From Theionarchaea archaeon (GTDB lineage: Archaea; Methanobacteriota_B; Thermococci; Methanofastidiosales; SZ-28-30), in the NCBI GenBank assembly GCA_018992685.1, contig JACVGT010000018.1:192001-256000 (forward strand): a stretch of DNA of 64,000 nt, given 5' to 3'. Each line of letters starts with the position of its first letter. Position 1 is the first letter of the stretch. The notes under the pieces were generated by a model. The model was not told where the DNA came from. It made no database searches and saw only the letters and a program-made list of their open reading frames with translations. Below, piece after piece: positions 30,640-41,290 of the stretch. A program made the position numbers and the translations under genes.

Positions 30640-31676
30640 GCTATCCCTCCATAGACTATTCCTGAGATACTGGCAAAGAGGATTACGAGTCCAATATACG
30701 TGAGTGTTTTCTGCGTCCCCAGAACTTGTCTGATGGCCAGCATATTAGGCAGGGAAAGAGCAGGTCCCGCCAACAACAAGGCCAATTCTGGTCCCTTTCC
30801 CATCCCAAGGGAGACCAGGGAGTTTACAATGGGGACCTCAGTGAGTGTTGCAAAATACATCAATGCTCCTGCAACAGACGCAATCACATTTGCTGATACA
30901 GAATTTCCTCCCACAAATCGGGACACATAGGCTGGAGGCAGCCCTTGTTTGATAATACCGGCTACAAAGACACCGACAAGTAAGTAGGGTATGATTAGCT
31001 TGGAGAGCTGCCACGTTTCGCTCATCCACAGCCTCGTCTCTGAACGATCTTGCCACGCAATCACAACATATATCAGCACTACCAGCAATCCAATGACCAC
31101 CGGCCACTTCACCACCCCCGGCAAGGTGGAAGCTCCAATTACCAGAATGAGCACCAAATCCACAAAGAATAGCCATTTCCTATACGATCTATCTTCAGAT
31201 TCAGTAAAGCTCTTGCTCTTGGGTAGAGGGGTGATGCTGTCTTCTTTCTGATAGATAAAAGCCATGATCAGCCCGATGACTACTGCCATGAGGATCGCAA
31301 GGACAGCCCTTGCTACTCCAATTTCGACTCCCAACACACGGGCGGTAAACACAATGGCCAGAATATTGATGGCTGGGCCTGAGTATAAGAAGGCTGTGGC
31401 AGGTCCTATCCCTGCCCCTCTCTTGTAGATTCCTGCAAACAATGGAATGACTGTGCATGAGCAGGCAGCCAGAATGCATCCAGAAACGGAAGCTACAGGA
31501 TATGACACATATTTCTTGGCCTGGGCTCCAAAATATGCAAGAACCGATTGCTTGGAGACAAAAACAGCTATTGCTCCAGCAATGAAGAACGCAGGCACCA
31601 GACAGGTAACCACATGTGCCTGCAGGTAATCGAGGAGTTCAAGAACTCCTGCCTCGAGTAGGGTTACGACATTCAT
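30636..31676 (-). CDS. arsP: ArsP-family permease
   Basis: ACSCTVIPLF, FLYSGPAIN, YFATLTEVP, GPALSLP. Confidence 0.85.
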   Translation of the reverse strand: MNVVTLLEAGVLELLDYLQAHVVTCLVPAFFIAGAIAVFVSKQSVLAYFGAQAKKYVSYPVASVSGCILAACSCTVIPLFAGIYKRGAGIGPATAFLYSGPAINILAIVFTARVLGVEIGVARAVLAILMAVVIGLIMAFIYQKEDSITPLPKSKSFTESEDRSYRKWLFFVDLVLILVIGASTLPGVVKWPVVIGLLVVLIYVVIAWQDRSETRLWMSETWQLSKLIIPYLLVGVFVAGIIKQGLPPAYVSRFVGGNSVSANVIASVAGALMYFATLTEVPIVNSLVSLGMGKGPELALLLAGPALSLPNMLAIRQVLGTQKTLTYIGLVILFASISGIVYGGIA

Positions 31677-31685
31677 ATATCCACC

Positions 31686-31703
31686 TATCAGTATATGCTA
31701 ATA
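31686..31703. promoter_or_regulatory. Putative ArsR operator for the arsP operon
   Basis: TATCAG-N6-CTAATA between TATA (about 31710-31717) and the start. Confidence 0.55.
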
Positions 31704-31730
31704 TATTCATTTATAAATGTTGCTATTCTG

Positions 31731-32423
31731 CTAGAGAGAAATAGAGGTTACCTGCTCTTTCAGGTGGATATGGTTTCTCTTCAACTGAGATGTGAAAACC
31801 ATGAGGTTGACACCTTGCTCGGCTGCCTTCCGCAAAGCAGTCGTAAACTGAGGATCTGTTTCTTTGTTAGGTGAGAATGCAGACGCATCTGGTCTTTGTA
31901 TGAGGAACAGAACATAGGAGATGTATCCCAGGTTCGTTGCAGAGGTCAGGGTTTCTACATGGCGTCTGCCCCGTTGAGTTGGGGCATCTGGAAACAGAGC
32001 CAATCCGTTTTTCACCAGAGAGACTCCTTTTACTTCTATGAGTATTCTGTGGTCGAGGCAGAAATCAATCCTGGAATTCTGAAATGAAAACTCCGGGACA
32101 ATCTCCCGATATTCAGGCAGGCCAGGAAGAGAGGTTTCTTGAAGTGCCTTTTTGACCAGTTGGTTTGGAACTCGAGAATCGCAGCACACAGGAGTTGAGT
32201 GCGTGTATATAACTACCATATCATAATGAGTTCTCCTGTGGGATCCTGGCTCTTTACGAAGCAGAACGGGGACTCCTTCAACCAAGAGCTCCTCAAGTCG
32301 TCCCGGATCGTGAAGATGAGCTTCCTTTATGCTGCCATCAAGCAAAACTGTACATAGAAACCTGTTAACCCGTTTGATGAACCGTCCTCTCACGAGTTCT
32401 CCTAGGTGAATGGAAGCCATCAT
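31731..32423 (-). CDS. sfsA: SfsA PD-(D/E)XK nuclease
   Basis: RVNRF, SRIDF, IEVKGV, FPDAPTQRG. Confidence 0.92.
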   Translation of the reverse strand: MMASIHLGELVRGRFIKRVNRFLCTVLLDGSIKEAHLHDPGRLEELLVEGVPVLLRKEPGSHRRTHYDMVVIYTHSTPVCCDSRVPNQLVKKALQETSLPGLPEYREIVPEFSFQNSRIDFCLDHRILIEVKGVSLVKNGLALFPDAPTQRGRRHVETLTSATNLGYISYVLFLIQRPDASAFSPNKETDPQFTTALRKAAEQGVNLMVFTSQLKRNHIHLKEQVTSISL

Positions 32424-33295
32424 CCTGACCTGATATTGAGAATTCTGGCCATATTTTCGCCAAATATCTTTGCCTGATCTTCCTCACTGATCTGAAGGGA
32501 GTCAAGAATGAGTCTCTGCTCCTGTAGTATGCTGTATCGGTATCCTCGGGGGAAAAAATTGGAATCTGTTCCATATATGAGTCTTTCTGGCCCCAGGACC
32601 TTCAAGCATTTTTGGAAAACCTCTTTCAGAGTGATCTCATAGGGCAGATACTCCATCCATCTATTGGAGCTCGAGGTATCAAAATAGATATTCTGACATT
32701 GGTAGCTCAAGAAGAGGGACTCCCGCAAGAAGCCGCATCCAAAATGAGCCAGAATGAAGGTAACGTCGGGGAAATCTCTTGCCACAGGATGAAGATCTAT
32801 GGGATTCCCATATCGTAGATCACTGAAGTACCCAATTGAGACGCCAAAATGGATGGTAACTGGAATTCCCAATGCCTGTGCTGTCTCATACACAGGGTAG
32901 CAGCGTTTGTCTGAGACAGAAAACCCCCTGTTTACAGGATAGAGTTTCAACCCTTTCAGCCCCGCTCTAATGTCTTCTTCCACCATGGCAGGAGCGTCCT
33001 CTTCGGTGGGATCAACACTGGTAAACCCGATGAACTGAGTATCTTTTACAAAAGAGAGCATTTCATCATTGTGAGGCTCATGTGTAAGAAAGACTCCCTT
33101 CCATATGTTATATTTATTGAACTCCGACTTCCACAGTTCCGTTGTCTTCTGAAGTGAGTGTAACTCAAAACGTGGGATCTTGAACTGCTCTCTCCTCTTT
33201 TTTATTATGGACTCTTCCTGTTCAGATCGCGTCCATTTTCTTACCATGGAATCTGTCGCAAGATGCATGTGACCGTCAATAATAGGGAAAGGCAT
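32420..33295 (-). CDS. Amidohydrolase_2 family protein
   Basis: IDGHMH, GLKLYP, LAHFG, YGTDS. Confidence 0.88.
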   Translation of the reverse strand: MPFPIIDGHMHLATDSMVRKWTRSEQEESIIKKRREQFKIPRFELHSLQKTTELWKSEFNKYNIWKGVFLTHEPHNDEMLSFVKDTQFIGFTSVDPTEEDAPAMVEEDIRAGLKGLKLYPVNRGFSVSDKRCYPVYETAQALGIPVTIHFGVSIGYFSDLRYGNPIDLHPVARDFPDVTFILAHFGCGFLRESLFLSYQCQNIYFDTSSSNRWMEYLPYEITLKEVFQKCLKVLGPERLIYGTDSNFFPRGYRYSILQEQRLILDSLQISEEDQAKIFGENMARILNIRSG

Positions 33296-33528
33296 GACCG
33301 GGATGTGAATTATGTGTATATAAACGCTTCCATGAAAAAAGACTGAGAATTCCTTATTCAGGTCATTCAGGGAATCCACAGGAGCTACGATTTCTCCCAG
33401 AGTTGCTGGCTGAAATACAGCTGGAACTTCGCTGCAAATGGACTAAAATCCTCACGGAGCATTCATGACTGTGACAGTAGTCACAAAGTGATGGAAATCT
33501 ATTTAAGCCGTTCGTTTTCTTGACATGG

Positions 33529-34758
33529 ATGATGGATGAGAACAATCCCCGCCCTGTTGAGAAGACTGTCAGATTACAAGGTCATCTCGTGGATTCGGAC
33601 ATTATGTCTTCTGTACTGGACAGAATCGTAAGCTTGGAAGGCAAATTTAGATTCGAGGAGTTTGATATCGGAAAGACAAATGTTGATCCTTCTGTCACAA
33701 TCCTAACAGTTTTCGCAAAAGACAATGAACACATGGGACTGATACTGGGAGAATTGACCCAGCTTGGAGCGTTTGTTGATGATGAGAACGCCATGGTGGA
33801 GAAAGCCCCAGCAGACTGCGTGGTCCCTGAGAATTTTTATTCCACAACAAATCATCGTACAGCAATTAGGATAAAGGGAACGTGGGTAGAAGTGGAGGAG
33901 CAAATGATGGACAGTGTCATTGTCGTTTCTCCTGATTATGAGAGGGCTTCATGCAAGAAACTCCGTTACATAGAGAAGGACGATTATGTCGTTGTTGGAA
34001 CCAGAGGCATACATGTCATGCCCAGAGAAAAATCCAGGAAGCGATCCATCTTTGACTTCATGCATTCTGTGGTAAGCTCTGAAAGGAATATCACTGTCTT
34101 CGTAAAACAGGCAGCCCATATCATGAAAGACATCAAATCAGCGGGAGGGAAAACATGTGTTGTTCCAGGACCAGCCGTAATCCACACCGGGGGCTCACGT
34201 CACCTTGCCAGTTTGATAAGGAAAGGGTATATTGACGGTCTTCTTTCAGGAAATGCGCTTGCGGTCCACGATGTAGAGACCATGCTGTTCGGAACTTCTC
34301 TGGGTGTTTCCCTGGAATCTGGACAGAGTGTTGAGGGAGGACACAGGCACCACATGGCAGCCATCAACCACATAAATAAATACGGGGGCTTGAGGGGACT
34401 ATTCGAGAAAGGGCTGTTGACCTCTGGAATTTTCTTTGAGTGCTTGAGTCATGATGTTCCATTCGCACTTGCAGGATCTATCAGAGACGATGGACCAATT
34501 CCAGATGTTATTACAGATGTGAGAACTGCCCAGGAGCAATACATTGAATTACTGGAAGATGTCGATCTGGTGCTCATGCTGGCAAGCATGTTGCACTCCA
34601 TCGCCGTTGGGAACGTTCTCCCCAGCTATGTGAGGACAATCTGTGTGGACATAAATCCGGCTGCAGTTACAAAGCTGGTTGACAGGGGTTCTTTTCAGGC
34701 ATTTGGCATCGTGACTGATGTGAGTTTGTTTCTCAGAGTACTGGATTCTCTGCTGTGA
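33529..34758 (+). CDS. TIGR00300-type protein (AgrE/ArgZ-type ornithine cyclodeaminase-like)
   Basis: GHLVDS, FYSTTNH, GPAVIHTG, LAGSIRDDGP, KLVDRGS. Confidence 0.85.
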   Translation: MMDENNPRPVEKTVRLQGHLVDSDIMSSVLDRIVSLEGKFRFEEFDIGKTNVDPSVTILTVFAKDNEHMGLILGELTQLGAFVDDENAMVEKAPADCVVPENFYSTTNHRTAIRIKGTWVEVEEQMMDSVIVVSPDYERASCKKLRYIEKDDYVVVGTRGIHVMPREKSRKRSIFDFMHSVVSSERNITVFVKQAAHIMKDIKSAGGKTCVVPGPAVIHTGGSRHLASLIRKGYIDGLLSGNALAVHDVETMLFGTSLGVSLESGQSVEGGHRHHMAAINHINKYGGLRGLFEKGLLTSGIFFECLSHDVPFALAGSIRDDGPIPDVITDVRTAQEQYIELLEDVDLVLMLASMLHSIAVGNVLPSYVRTICVDINPAAVTKLVDRGSFQAFGIVTDVSLFLRVLDSLL

Positions 34759-34974
34759 TCAACATTAGTCTGCTTGAATCCACCTGCGGAACGGGTCACA
34801 GGAAGAGAGCTCTGAAAGAGTCTTTCATGAGAACTCAAGAACAAGGAGTGTCTCGCGGCTGTCATTACCGGTGTACGTGGGGCTGATTCTGACTGTGGTT
34901 ATCCTGCTCACGAATGTTTCGGAGAGAATTCAACCCCTGCAAACCCTTAAAAGAACGCGCCAATAATCACCATC

Positions 34975-36111
34975 ATGAAGAAGCTGAAGCTTTACGACTG
35001 GCACACGGCACATGCCAAAATGGGCGAATATGCTGGCTGGCACATGCCCCTATGGTATTCTTCAGTGAAAAATGAACATCTGGCAGTGAGAAACAATGTG
35101 GGAATATTCGACGTCTCCCACATGACGGAGATCTATGTAGGAGGGAAGGATGCCCTCAAATTCCTGCAGTATGTGGCAACTGCTGATGTGTCAATTCCTC
35201 CCCCCATATCTACCACCTACACGACCTTCCTCAATGAAAGGGGTGGAATTAAGGATGAAGGACTTATTTACAACCTTGGCGACAAGTACATGATTGTGTG
35301 TGATGCAGTAGCTATGGAAAAGCTGTACTCCTGGCTGATGTCCCTGAAAGGGGCTGCTTCTCTAGCCGGTGATCTTGATGTAGGTATTACTAATAAGACT
35401 TTTGACATCTCATTACTTTCGGTTCAGGGCCCCAAAGCCCGTGCCATAGCTGAGAAGCTTTTTTCCATCGACATTCAGGATTTGTGGTGGTTCCAGTGCC
35501 GGGAAACAGAGTACAAAGGCGAACCCGTTCTCCTGTCGAAATCAGGATACACTGGCGAGAATGGATTTGAGCTCTTTGTGGAGATGGATCCTTTACCCTT
35601 ATGGGAGAACCTACTGGAGCTGGGGGCAGCGCCTTGTGGACTTGCCACGCGGGACACCACCAGAATTGAGGCCGGATACACGTTATATGGTCATGAAACC
35701 ATGGAAAAACAGGTTCTTTCCCAGCCGTACGATGAATACACACCCCTCCATGCTGGGTTCCACCTGTGGGAATTCTCCCCCATCAAATGGGAAAAGGACT
35801 TCGTTGGAAAGGAAGCACTGGAAATCCAGAAACGAATGGGTATTGACAAGAATCTTATCCATCTGGAGATGGTAGACAGGGGAATCCCCAGAGAGGGATA
35901 CATCATCACAAAGGCTGGAACCCCCATCGGGGAGGTAACCAGCGGGACACAATCAGTGATAACAGGAAAGGGAATTGCCATTGGATACAGTTCTGAAGGC
36001 AAACCTGGAGAATCAGTGGAAATCATTATAAGGGAAGAACCAAGGAAAGCAACCATAGTGACGCCGCCCTTTTACGACCCCAAGAAATATGGAGCATTCA
36101 GAGAGGTGTGA
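34975..36111 (+). CDS. gcvT: Glycine cleavage aminomethyltransferase T
   Basis: FDVSHM, GYTGENGFE, RIEAGY. Confidence 0.93.
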   Translation: MKKLKLYDWHTAHAKMGEYAGWHMPLWYSSVKNEHLAVRNNVGIFDVSHMTEIYVGGKDALKFLQYVATADVSIPPPISTTYTTFLNERGGIKDEGLIYNLGDKYMIVCDAVAMEKLYSWLMSLKGAASLAGDLDVGITNKTFDISLLSVQGPKARAIAEKLFSIDIQDLWWFQCRETEYKGEPVLLSKSGYTGENGFELFVEMDPLPLWENLLELGAAPCGLATRDTTRIEAGYTLYGHETMEKQVLSQPYDEYTPLHAGFHLWEFSPIKWEKDFVGKEALEIQKRMGIDKNLIHLEMVDRGIPREGYIITKAGTPIGEVTSGTQSVITGKGIAIGYSSEGKPGESVEIIIREEPRKATIVTPPFYDPKKYGAFREV

Positions 36112-36114
36112 CTC

Positions 36115-36501
36115 ATGAAATACAAAACCAAGGAAGGATTGTACTACACGAAAGAGCATGAATGGCTGAACGTGGAAGATGGCACTGGTACAGTGGGACT
36201 GTCCCACTATGCTGCAGAAGAACTGGGAGATATCGCGTACATAGAACTCCCAAAACCTGGGAAGGTTACACAGGGAGGAAAATTATGCGAAATTGAGTCA
36301 GTCAAGGCAGTATCAGACATATATGCACCGGTTTCTGGCCTCGTAGTTGAGGTGAACAATGCGCTGACTGATTCGCCAGAACTAATTAATCAAGACTCGT
36401 ATGCAGCCTGGATATGCAAGATTGACATAGAAGACAAAAAAGAAATCGAAAAGCTCATGTCTGCCCAGGAATACGCCACATATGTAGAGTCTCTCACATA
36501 G
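36115..36501 (+). CDS. gcvH: Glycine cleavage H protein
   Basis: EHEW, IESVKAVSDIYAPVSG. Confidence 0.95.
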   Translation: MKYKTKEGLYYTKEHEWLNVEDGTGTVGLSHYAAEELGDIAYIELPKPGKVTQGGKLCEIESVKAVSDIYAPVSGLVVEVNNALTDSPELINQDSYAAWICKIDIEDKKEIEKLMSAQEYATYVESLT

Positions 36502-36886
36502 AGAGATCGGGACCAGAGCGAACCAGCCCGATAACACGTAGGATGGTGCGAACGGAAAGCAGATGTGAAAATGAGGTAACGCACATTGCATGAGTCTTCG
36601 GGTTTTTGAACACCTTGGAGTACTGCGTCCACACAGATAATGGCTGAGCCACGGTTACAATCCCCGGCACTTTGCGAGCGACAAGATCAGCTTTCATCAA
36701 CCCTCTGTGGCTTCTGTAAGATCGTCCTGAACCCATATTCCGAAGAAAGGGAGATTCTTGCTGCTGAAGCTTTGATTCTCGTTCCTGCATTTATTTCTTC
36801 CTGAATTGAAAATTAATCCCAGATAAGGAACCTGTAACCCTCAAGTAAATACACCATAGTCACACCCTGGCATGAAGGAAAATTCA

Positions 36887-36903
36887 GAAAAAGAAAAGAA
36901 AAT
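36887..36903 (-). terminator. Oligo-T terminator of the histone gene
   Basis: TTTTCTTTTCTTTTTC on the minus strand just after the stop. Confidence 0.65.
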
Positions 36904-36917
36904 GAATGATTGTCCAT

Positions 36918-37115
36918 CTATCTAAGCGCCAGCTTGACGTCCTCAGCTTTCACTGTCTTGCGTCCAGCGTGCTGAGCGTATTCTACAGCGAGTTTTGAGA
37001 TTTCGATTGCTTCTTCTTCAAGTATGCTAGCGAGTGCCTTAGCGGCGGCCTCAGAGACTCGCTCTGCACCGGCCTTCCGCATAATCCTGTCAATGGGCCT
37101 GTGAGACAATGCCAT
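36918..37115 (-). CDS. Archaeal histone (HMf family)
   Basis: [24 protein letters not shown]; SD GAGGAGGTG. Confidence 0.95.
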   Translation of the reverse strand: MALSHRPIDRIMRKAGAERVSEAAAKALASILEEEAIEISKLAVEYAQHAGRKTVKAEDVKLALR

Positions 37116-37194
37116 GATAGCACCTCCTCTTTAAGCTTTATTTTGCGATCAGATTCAGGTTTTGAATCAATTTTATAATCATCTCTCTTCTAAC

Positions 37195-37215
37195 CCTTTT
37201 TAAACTTTTCGGTTG
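37195..37215 (-). promoter_or_regulatory. Consensus BRE/TATA promoter of histone
   Basis: CAACCGAAAAG-TTTAAAAA-GG. Confidence 0.75.
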
Positions 37216-37254
37216 AAGGGACTAAAGAACATCAAATTTGAGGTTTTAATTACT

Positions 37255-38139
37255 TTAGACTAGAGTTGCGCTTCTGTTTTTGCTGACAACTGTAAGCTTC
37301 CACCGTGAACCAGATAAAACCTCGTCAAAGAAGACAAGGGTAAAGATGAGGTTCATGTTGCTAGTCCTTTCGAGAAATTCACAAAAAGAAGAAAACTCAT
37401 GGAGAGTCGTGCAAGGTAATGTACTTTTCAGACCAGTGGAGAAGGCTTTGTGTGCTGTTGATGATGAACTGGAGGTCCTACCCGGTGGCTCGTGTTCATG
37501 AGGCAATACAGGTTGGATATCCTGCCTTGAAGGACACAATCCCCGTATGACACAGGATCGACATTCGGGATTATGAGCATGACATATAGCTCTTCCATGG
37601 TAGATGAGCAGGGTTGAAAAGTGAAGCCATTCCCTGCGAGGGACGATACGCATGAGATCTTTCTCAACCTGTTGCGGATTCTCCTGTGAAGTCAACCCAA
37701 GTCTTCGGGACAATCGGTTTACGTGAGTATCCACAATGATGCCTTCTTCTTTGCCAAAAGCATTTGAAAGGATGACGTTGGCTGTCTTTCTTCCAACACC
37801 AGGTAGAGTGGTTAAATCTTCCATGGAATTAGGGACAGTACTGTGGAAGTTCTCTACAATCTTTTGGCACGCGCCTATGATGAAGGCAGCTTTGCTCTTA
37901 TACAATCCAAGAGGTTTGATGAAGCCCTGAAGGGCCTGGAGGTCGACTTCAGCAAAGTCCTTGCATGTCCGATACTCCTTGAAAAGTGCTGGCGTTATTC
38001 GATTTACCCGCTCATCAGTGGATTGAGCTGATAGAATGGTCGCAACGAGAAGCTGAAGAGGATTCTCAAAGTCCAGTGTTATCACCGCATGGGGGTATTC
38101 CTTTGAGAGCCGCATGATAATGTCTGACACTCGTGACAT
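37255..38139 (-). CDS. nth: Endonuclease III (with unexplained C-terminal tail)
   Basis: LSAQSTD, LPGVGRKTAN, VDTHV, C-x6-C-x2-C-x5-C. Confidence 0.9.
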   Translation of the reverse strand: MSRVSDIIMRLSKEYPHAVITLDFENPLQLLVATILSAQSTDERVNRITPALFKEYRTCKDFAEVDLQALQGFIKPLGLYKSKAAFIIGACQKIVENFHSTVPNSMEDLTTLPGVGRKTANVILSNAFGKEEGIIVDTHVNRLSRRLGLTSQENPQQVEKDLMRIVPRREWLHFSTLLIYHGRAICHAHNPECRSCVIRGLCPSRQDIQPVLPHEHEPPGRTSSSSSTAHKAFSTGLKSTLPCTTLHEFSSFCEFLERTSNMNLIFTLVFFDEVLSGSRWKLTVVSKNRSATLV

Positions 38140-38165
38140 GTTATCCGTACTCACTAGTCCATTCA

Positions 38166-38921
38166 CTATCTGTGGATTCTGGTCCCGTCCACCTCACCTG
38201 AAACAGCCTTGGTCAGGGTATTCTCCCTGATGAGATTGATCAGATTGACTTCAATTCCAGGAATCTCGGAAATCTCCTGGAGTTTTCCCTTCATACCGAG
38301 TGTAACATCCCCCACTTCTCCTGCAGAAATCGAATCCAAATCGGCAAATGTGATATCTTTCAAAAGGTGAGCACTCTCGGTTCTGGGATCTTCAGTGTAC
38401 AGCCCATCCACTTCAAGCCCAAAAACAACCTTTCGGGGACTGAGGGCTCCAGCCAGATAGGACACTATCTGATCTCCTGACAAGATGCAGAATCCCATCT
38501 CTGTATCTGTAACTACGTCACCATAGAGGACGGGCGTGCAACCCAGAGCCAGTAATCCTTTAACTGGTTCAAGGAAACTGTGTGAAATCCTTTTGTTTTT
38601 ACAGATAAAGCAAGCTGAAGGCTGCACTGACACAGCACTAACACCATGCCTCAACAGAATCGAGAGAATGATCTGGTTAAGCTGGGTCATTGAATATCGG
38701 GTCTGAGAGACACCGGACAGTTGCCCGAGATCAGAAAACCCCTTGTGCAGACAATACTCTTTTGCCAGTGGATGCCCATAGCTCCCTCCTCCATGAACCA
38801 GAATTACCTGCTCACTGACCTCGCCTATTTGGCTGGCCGCATTCTCAATTACCTCAGGACGCGGCGTGAAGTCCTTGCTCTTGTCTGTTACAGCAGAGCC
38901 ACCCAGCTTGATAATGATCAT
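38166..38921 (-). CDS. ipk: Isopentenyl phosphate kinase
   Basis: KLGGSAVTDK, HGGGSYGH, SGD, DVTLGMKGK. Confidence 0.9.
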   Translation of the reverse strand: MIIIKLGGSAVTDKSKDFTPRPEVIENAASQIGEVSEQVILVHGGGSYGHPLAKEYCLHKGFSDLGQLSGVSQTRYSMTQLNQIILSILLRHGVSAVSVQPSACFICKNKRISHSFLEPVKGLLALGCTPVLYGDVVTDTEMGFCILSGDQIVSYLAGALSPRKVVFGLEVDGLYTEDPRTESAHLLKDITFADLDSISAGEVGDVTLGMKGKLQEISEIPGIEVNLINLIRENTLTKAVSGEVDGTRIHR

Positions 38922-39051
38922 GATTTTTCCAGCCACTTGTATATTATATGTGCTAGTGCGAGAACAACCAGCAGTGGCCAGGCACACCGTATGACATAGA
39001 AAACCACAAGAGCCAGGATGATGGCCACTATCAGCAATGTGATGTCAACCT

Positions 39052-39675
39052 TCACAAAAACACCTCCACTCTCTCTTTACCCTTACCCACATTCTTCCGT
39101 TTCAGCTTTGAAAGATATCCAATCTCTTGTGTTGACTTCGTATGTAACCCACCGCAGGGCATGGGGTCATACCCCTCAATCTGAACCAGTCTCTTGTTAC
39201 CTTCCCACCACGCTGTGATGGGTCTGTCCTCATCAATAAGAGCCGAAAAACGCTTTTCCAGTGCAGCCCGTTTTGGCTCATCCAGGACGTCATCGTAAAC
39301 CAAGTCCAGTCTGCTTTTTTCTGCCTCCACATTGGAACCTGCGCTTGCAGATATGCCAAATAGCTCCCCTGCCACATCAAAGAGAAGATGGAGAGCAGAA
39401 TGCATACGCATGACAGCATATCGGTAATCCCAATCCAGTAAACACCTCACTGTATTCCCCTGCAGGAAGGGAGCCTGGTCCAAAACGTGCACAACATCTG
39501 ATCCCAGTTCGAAAACATCCTGAATTTCTTGATTGGAAATAGTCCCTCTATCATGGGGTTGTCCTCCACCAGTAGGGTAGAAAATTGTATCTTCCAAAAT
39601 CACCTGGTTGTCATCCACTTTCTTTACTGCAGTTTTCAGTTCTCTCAGGTATGGATCGAGGTAGTATTTCCACAT
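39052..39675 (-). CDS. alaX: AlaX trans-editing protein
   Basis: [22 protein letters not shown]. Confidence 0.9.
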   Translation of the reverse strand: MWKYYLDPYLRELKTAVKKVDDNQVILEDTIFYPTGGGQPHDRGTISNQEIQDVFELGSDVVHVLDQAPFLQGNTVRCLLDWDYRYAVMRMHSALHLLFDVAGELFGISASAGSNVEAEKSRLDLVYDDVLDEPKRAALEKRFSALIDEDRPITAWWEGNKRLVQIEGYDPMPCGGLHTKSTQEIGYLSKLKRKNVGKGKERVEVFL

Positions 39676-39805
39676 TGTGTCACCACCCTCCAGGGGGAGT
39701 CTTCCATTATATAGATTGCGCTTGATCTCGTATGGGGGGTTGGCCTCAGTCATGGACACCACATATATTTATAAGCTCGAGTCAAAAGTAGACACGGTGA
39801 CTTCA

Positions 39806-40198
39806 ATGAGGAAGATTCGCGTGCTTGTGGCAAAACCGGGATTAGATGGCCATGATCGAGGCGCAAAAGTGGTGGCCAGAGCCTTGAGAGATGCAGGAAT
39901 GGAAGTCATCTACACCGGATTGAGACAAACCCCAGAGCAGATTGTGGAGACTGCCCTTCAGGAAGATGTGGATTGCGTAGGACTCTCTATCCTTTCTGGA
40001 GCTCACATGACATTGGTCCCAAAGGTAATCGAATTGTTGAAGAAGAATCAGGCTGCGGACATGCTTGTGGCAGTGGGAGGCATCATTCCTGATGAAGATG
40101 CAGCCAGACTGAAAGAAATGGGAGTACGAGGTGTCTTCGGTCCGGGGACTTCAACCCAGGAAATCATCACGTTTATTCAATCTCATGTAAGTGCATAA
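39806..40198 (+). CDS. Cobalamin-binding subunit of acyl-CoA (methylmalonyl-CoA) mutase
   Basis: [24 protein letters not shown]. Confidence 0.92.
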   Translation: MRKIRVLVAKPGLDGHDRGAKVVARALRDAGMEVIYTGLRQTPEQIVETALQEDVDCVGLSILSGAHMTLVPKVIELLKKNQAADMLVAVGGIIPDEDAARLKEMGVRGVFGPGTSTQEIITFIQSHVSA

Positions 40199-40199
40199 T

Positions 40200-41129
40200 A
40201 TGGAACTGGTAGATCGACTCCTGGCAGGAGACAGAAGGGCCTGCGCCCGCCTCATCACCCTGGTGGAGAACGAGGCCCCGGAAGCACAACAAGCACTCAA
40301 AGAAATTCATCCCCATACCGGGAAAGCACATGTAATCGGGGTAACAGGTCCTCCAGGAGCGGGAAAATCCAGTCTGGTGGACAAACTCACCCAGTATTAT
40401 CGGGAACAGGGAAAGACCGTTGGAGTCATCGCAGTTGATCCTTCCTCGCCTTTTACAGGTGGTGCTCTCCTGGGGGACAGGATCAGGATGCAAGAAAGAT
40501 CCACAGACCCTGGCGTGTTTATCAGAAGCATGGGTACACGGGGTCACATGGGGGGACTGGCCCTCACCACAAAAGATGCTATCAAGATTCTGGATGCATT
40601 TGGTAAGGATATTATCCTTGTTGAGACGGTGGGGACTGGCCAGGATGAGATAGACATCATAAGAGCTGCAGATACCGTACTGGTGGTGACGATGCCCAGT
40701 CTAGGAGATGATATCCAGGCTATAAAGGCCGGAATCTTGGAGATTGGAGATATTTTTGTGGTTAACAAGGCAGACCTCGATTTTGTGGATAAGGCAGTAA
40801 TGGAACTGGAAATGATGCTGGATTTCAATTCAGGTAAGGGGTGGCGTCCTCCAGTGGTGAGGACTGTGGCCAACATGGGGGGAGGTATTGAGGAACTGGC
40901 TGAGGCTATTCAGGCACACATTGAATACTTGAAGAAAGAAGGTCTCTATGAGGAGAAAAGGAGACTGAAGGTTGAGATGGAACTCCTGGAAGTACTGAAC
41001 AGACGTGTTGTCAAGGAAGTCCTTGAAAAAGCCAAAAAAACCAATGAATTCGACAGGTTGGTTGATCTAATACTGGAACGAGAGACAGACTGTTATTCAG
41101 CAGCAGAAACCCTTCTGCAAAAGAAATGA
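40200..41129 (+). CDS. meaB: MeaB/ArgK GTPase chaperone
   Basis: GPPGAGKS, AVDPSS, ETVGTGQ, NKAD. Confidence 0.93.
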   Translation: MELVDRLLAGDRRACARLITLVENEAPEAQQALKEIHPHTGKAHVIGVTGPPGAGKSSLVDKLTQYYREQGKTVGVIAVDPSSPFTGGALLGDRIRMQERSTDPGVFIRSMGTRGHMGGLALTTKDAIKILDAFGKDIILVETVGTGQDEIDIIRAADTVLVVTMPSLGDDIQAIKAGILEIGDIFVVNKADLDFVDKAVMELEMMLDFNSGKGWRPPVVRTVANMGGGIEELAEAIQAHIEYLKKEGLYEEKRRLKVEMELLEVLNRRVVKEVLEKAKKTNEFDRLVDLILERETDCYSAAETLLQKK

Positions 41130-41290
41130 AATCCCCTTGCCTCTCATCATCTGAGAAAATGGCATTATCTTGTATGATTGATTGCACTGTTACCTGACAT
41201 CGTTGAAAAGAAGAACATGGATTCGGAAACAGGTTGACATTTTGGTGACAAAAGATTTATAAGGCGTAATCCGTTCTCATCATCTACTGA

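Noticed and set aside
34759-34974. Glycine riboswitch upstream of gcvT (GGAGAGA present)
   Set aside because: Other aptamer motifs are missing, and the TATA at about 34946 implies an almost leaderless mRNA.
36502-36880. tRNA/ncRNA or 98-aa ORF between gcvH and histone
   Set aside because: No cloverleaf, C/D boxes, clear promoter or protein motif.
39700-39805. Cobalamin riboswitch before B12-related genes (also nrdJ)
   Set aside because: Leaders are too short and show no B12-box.
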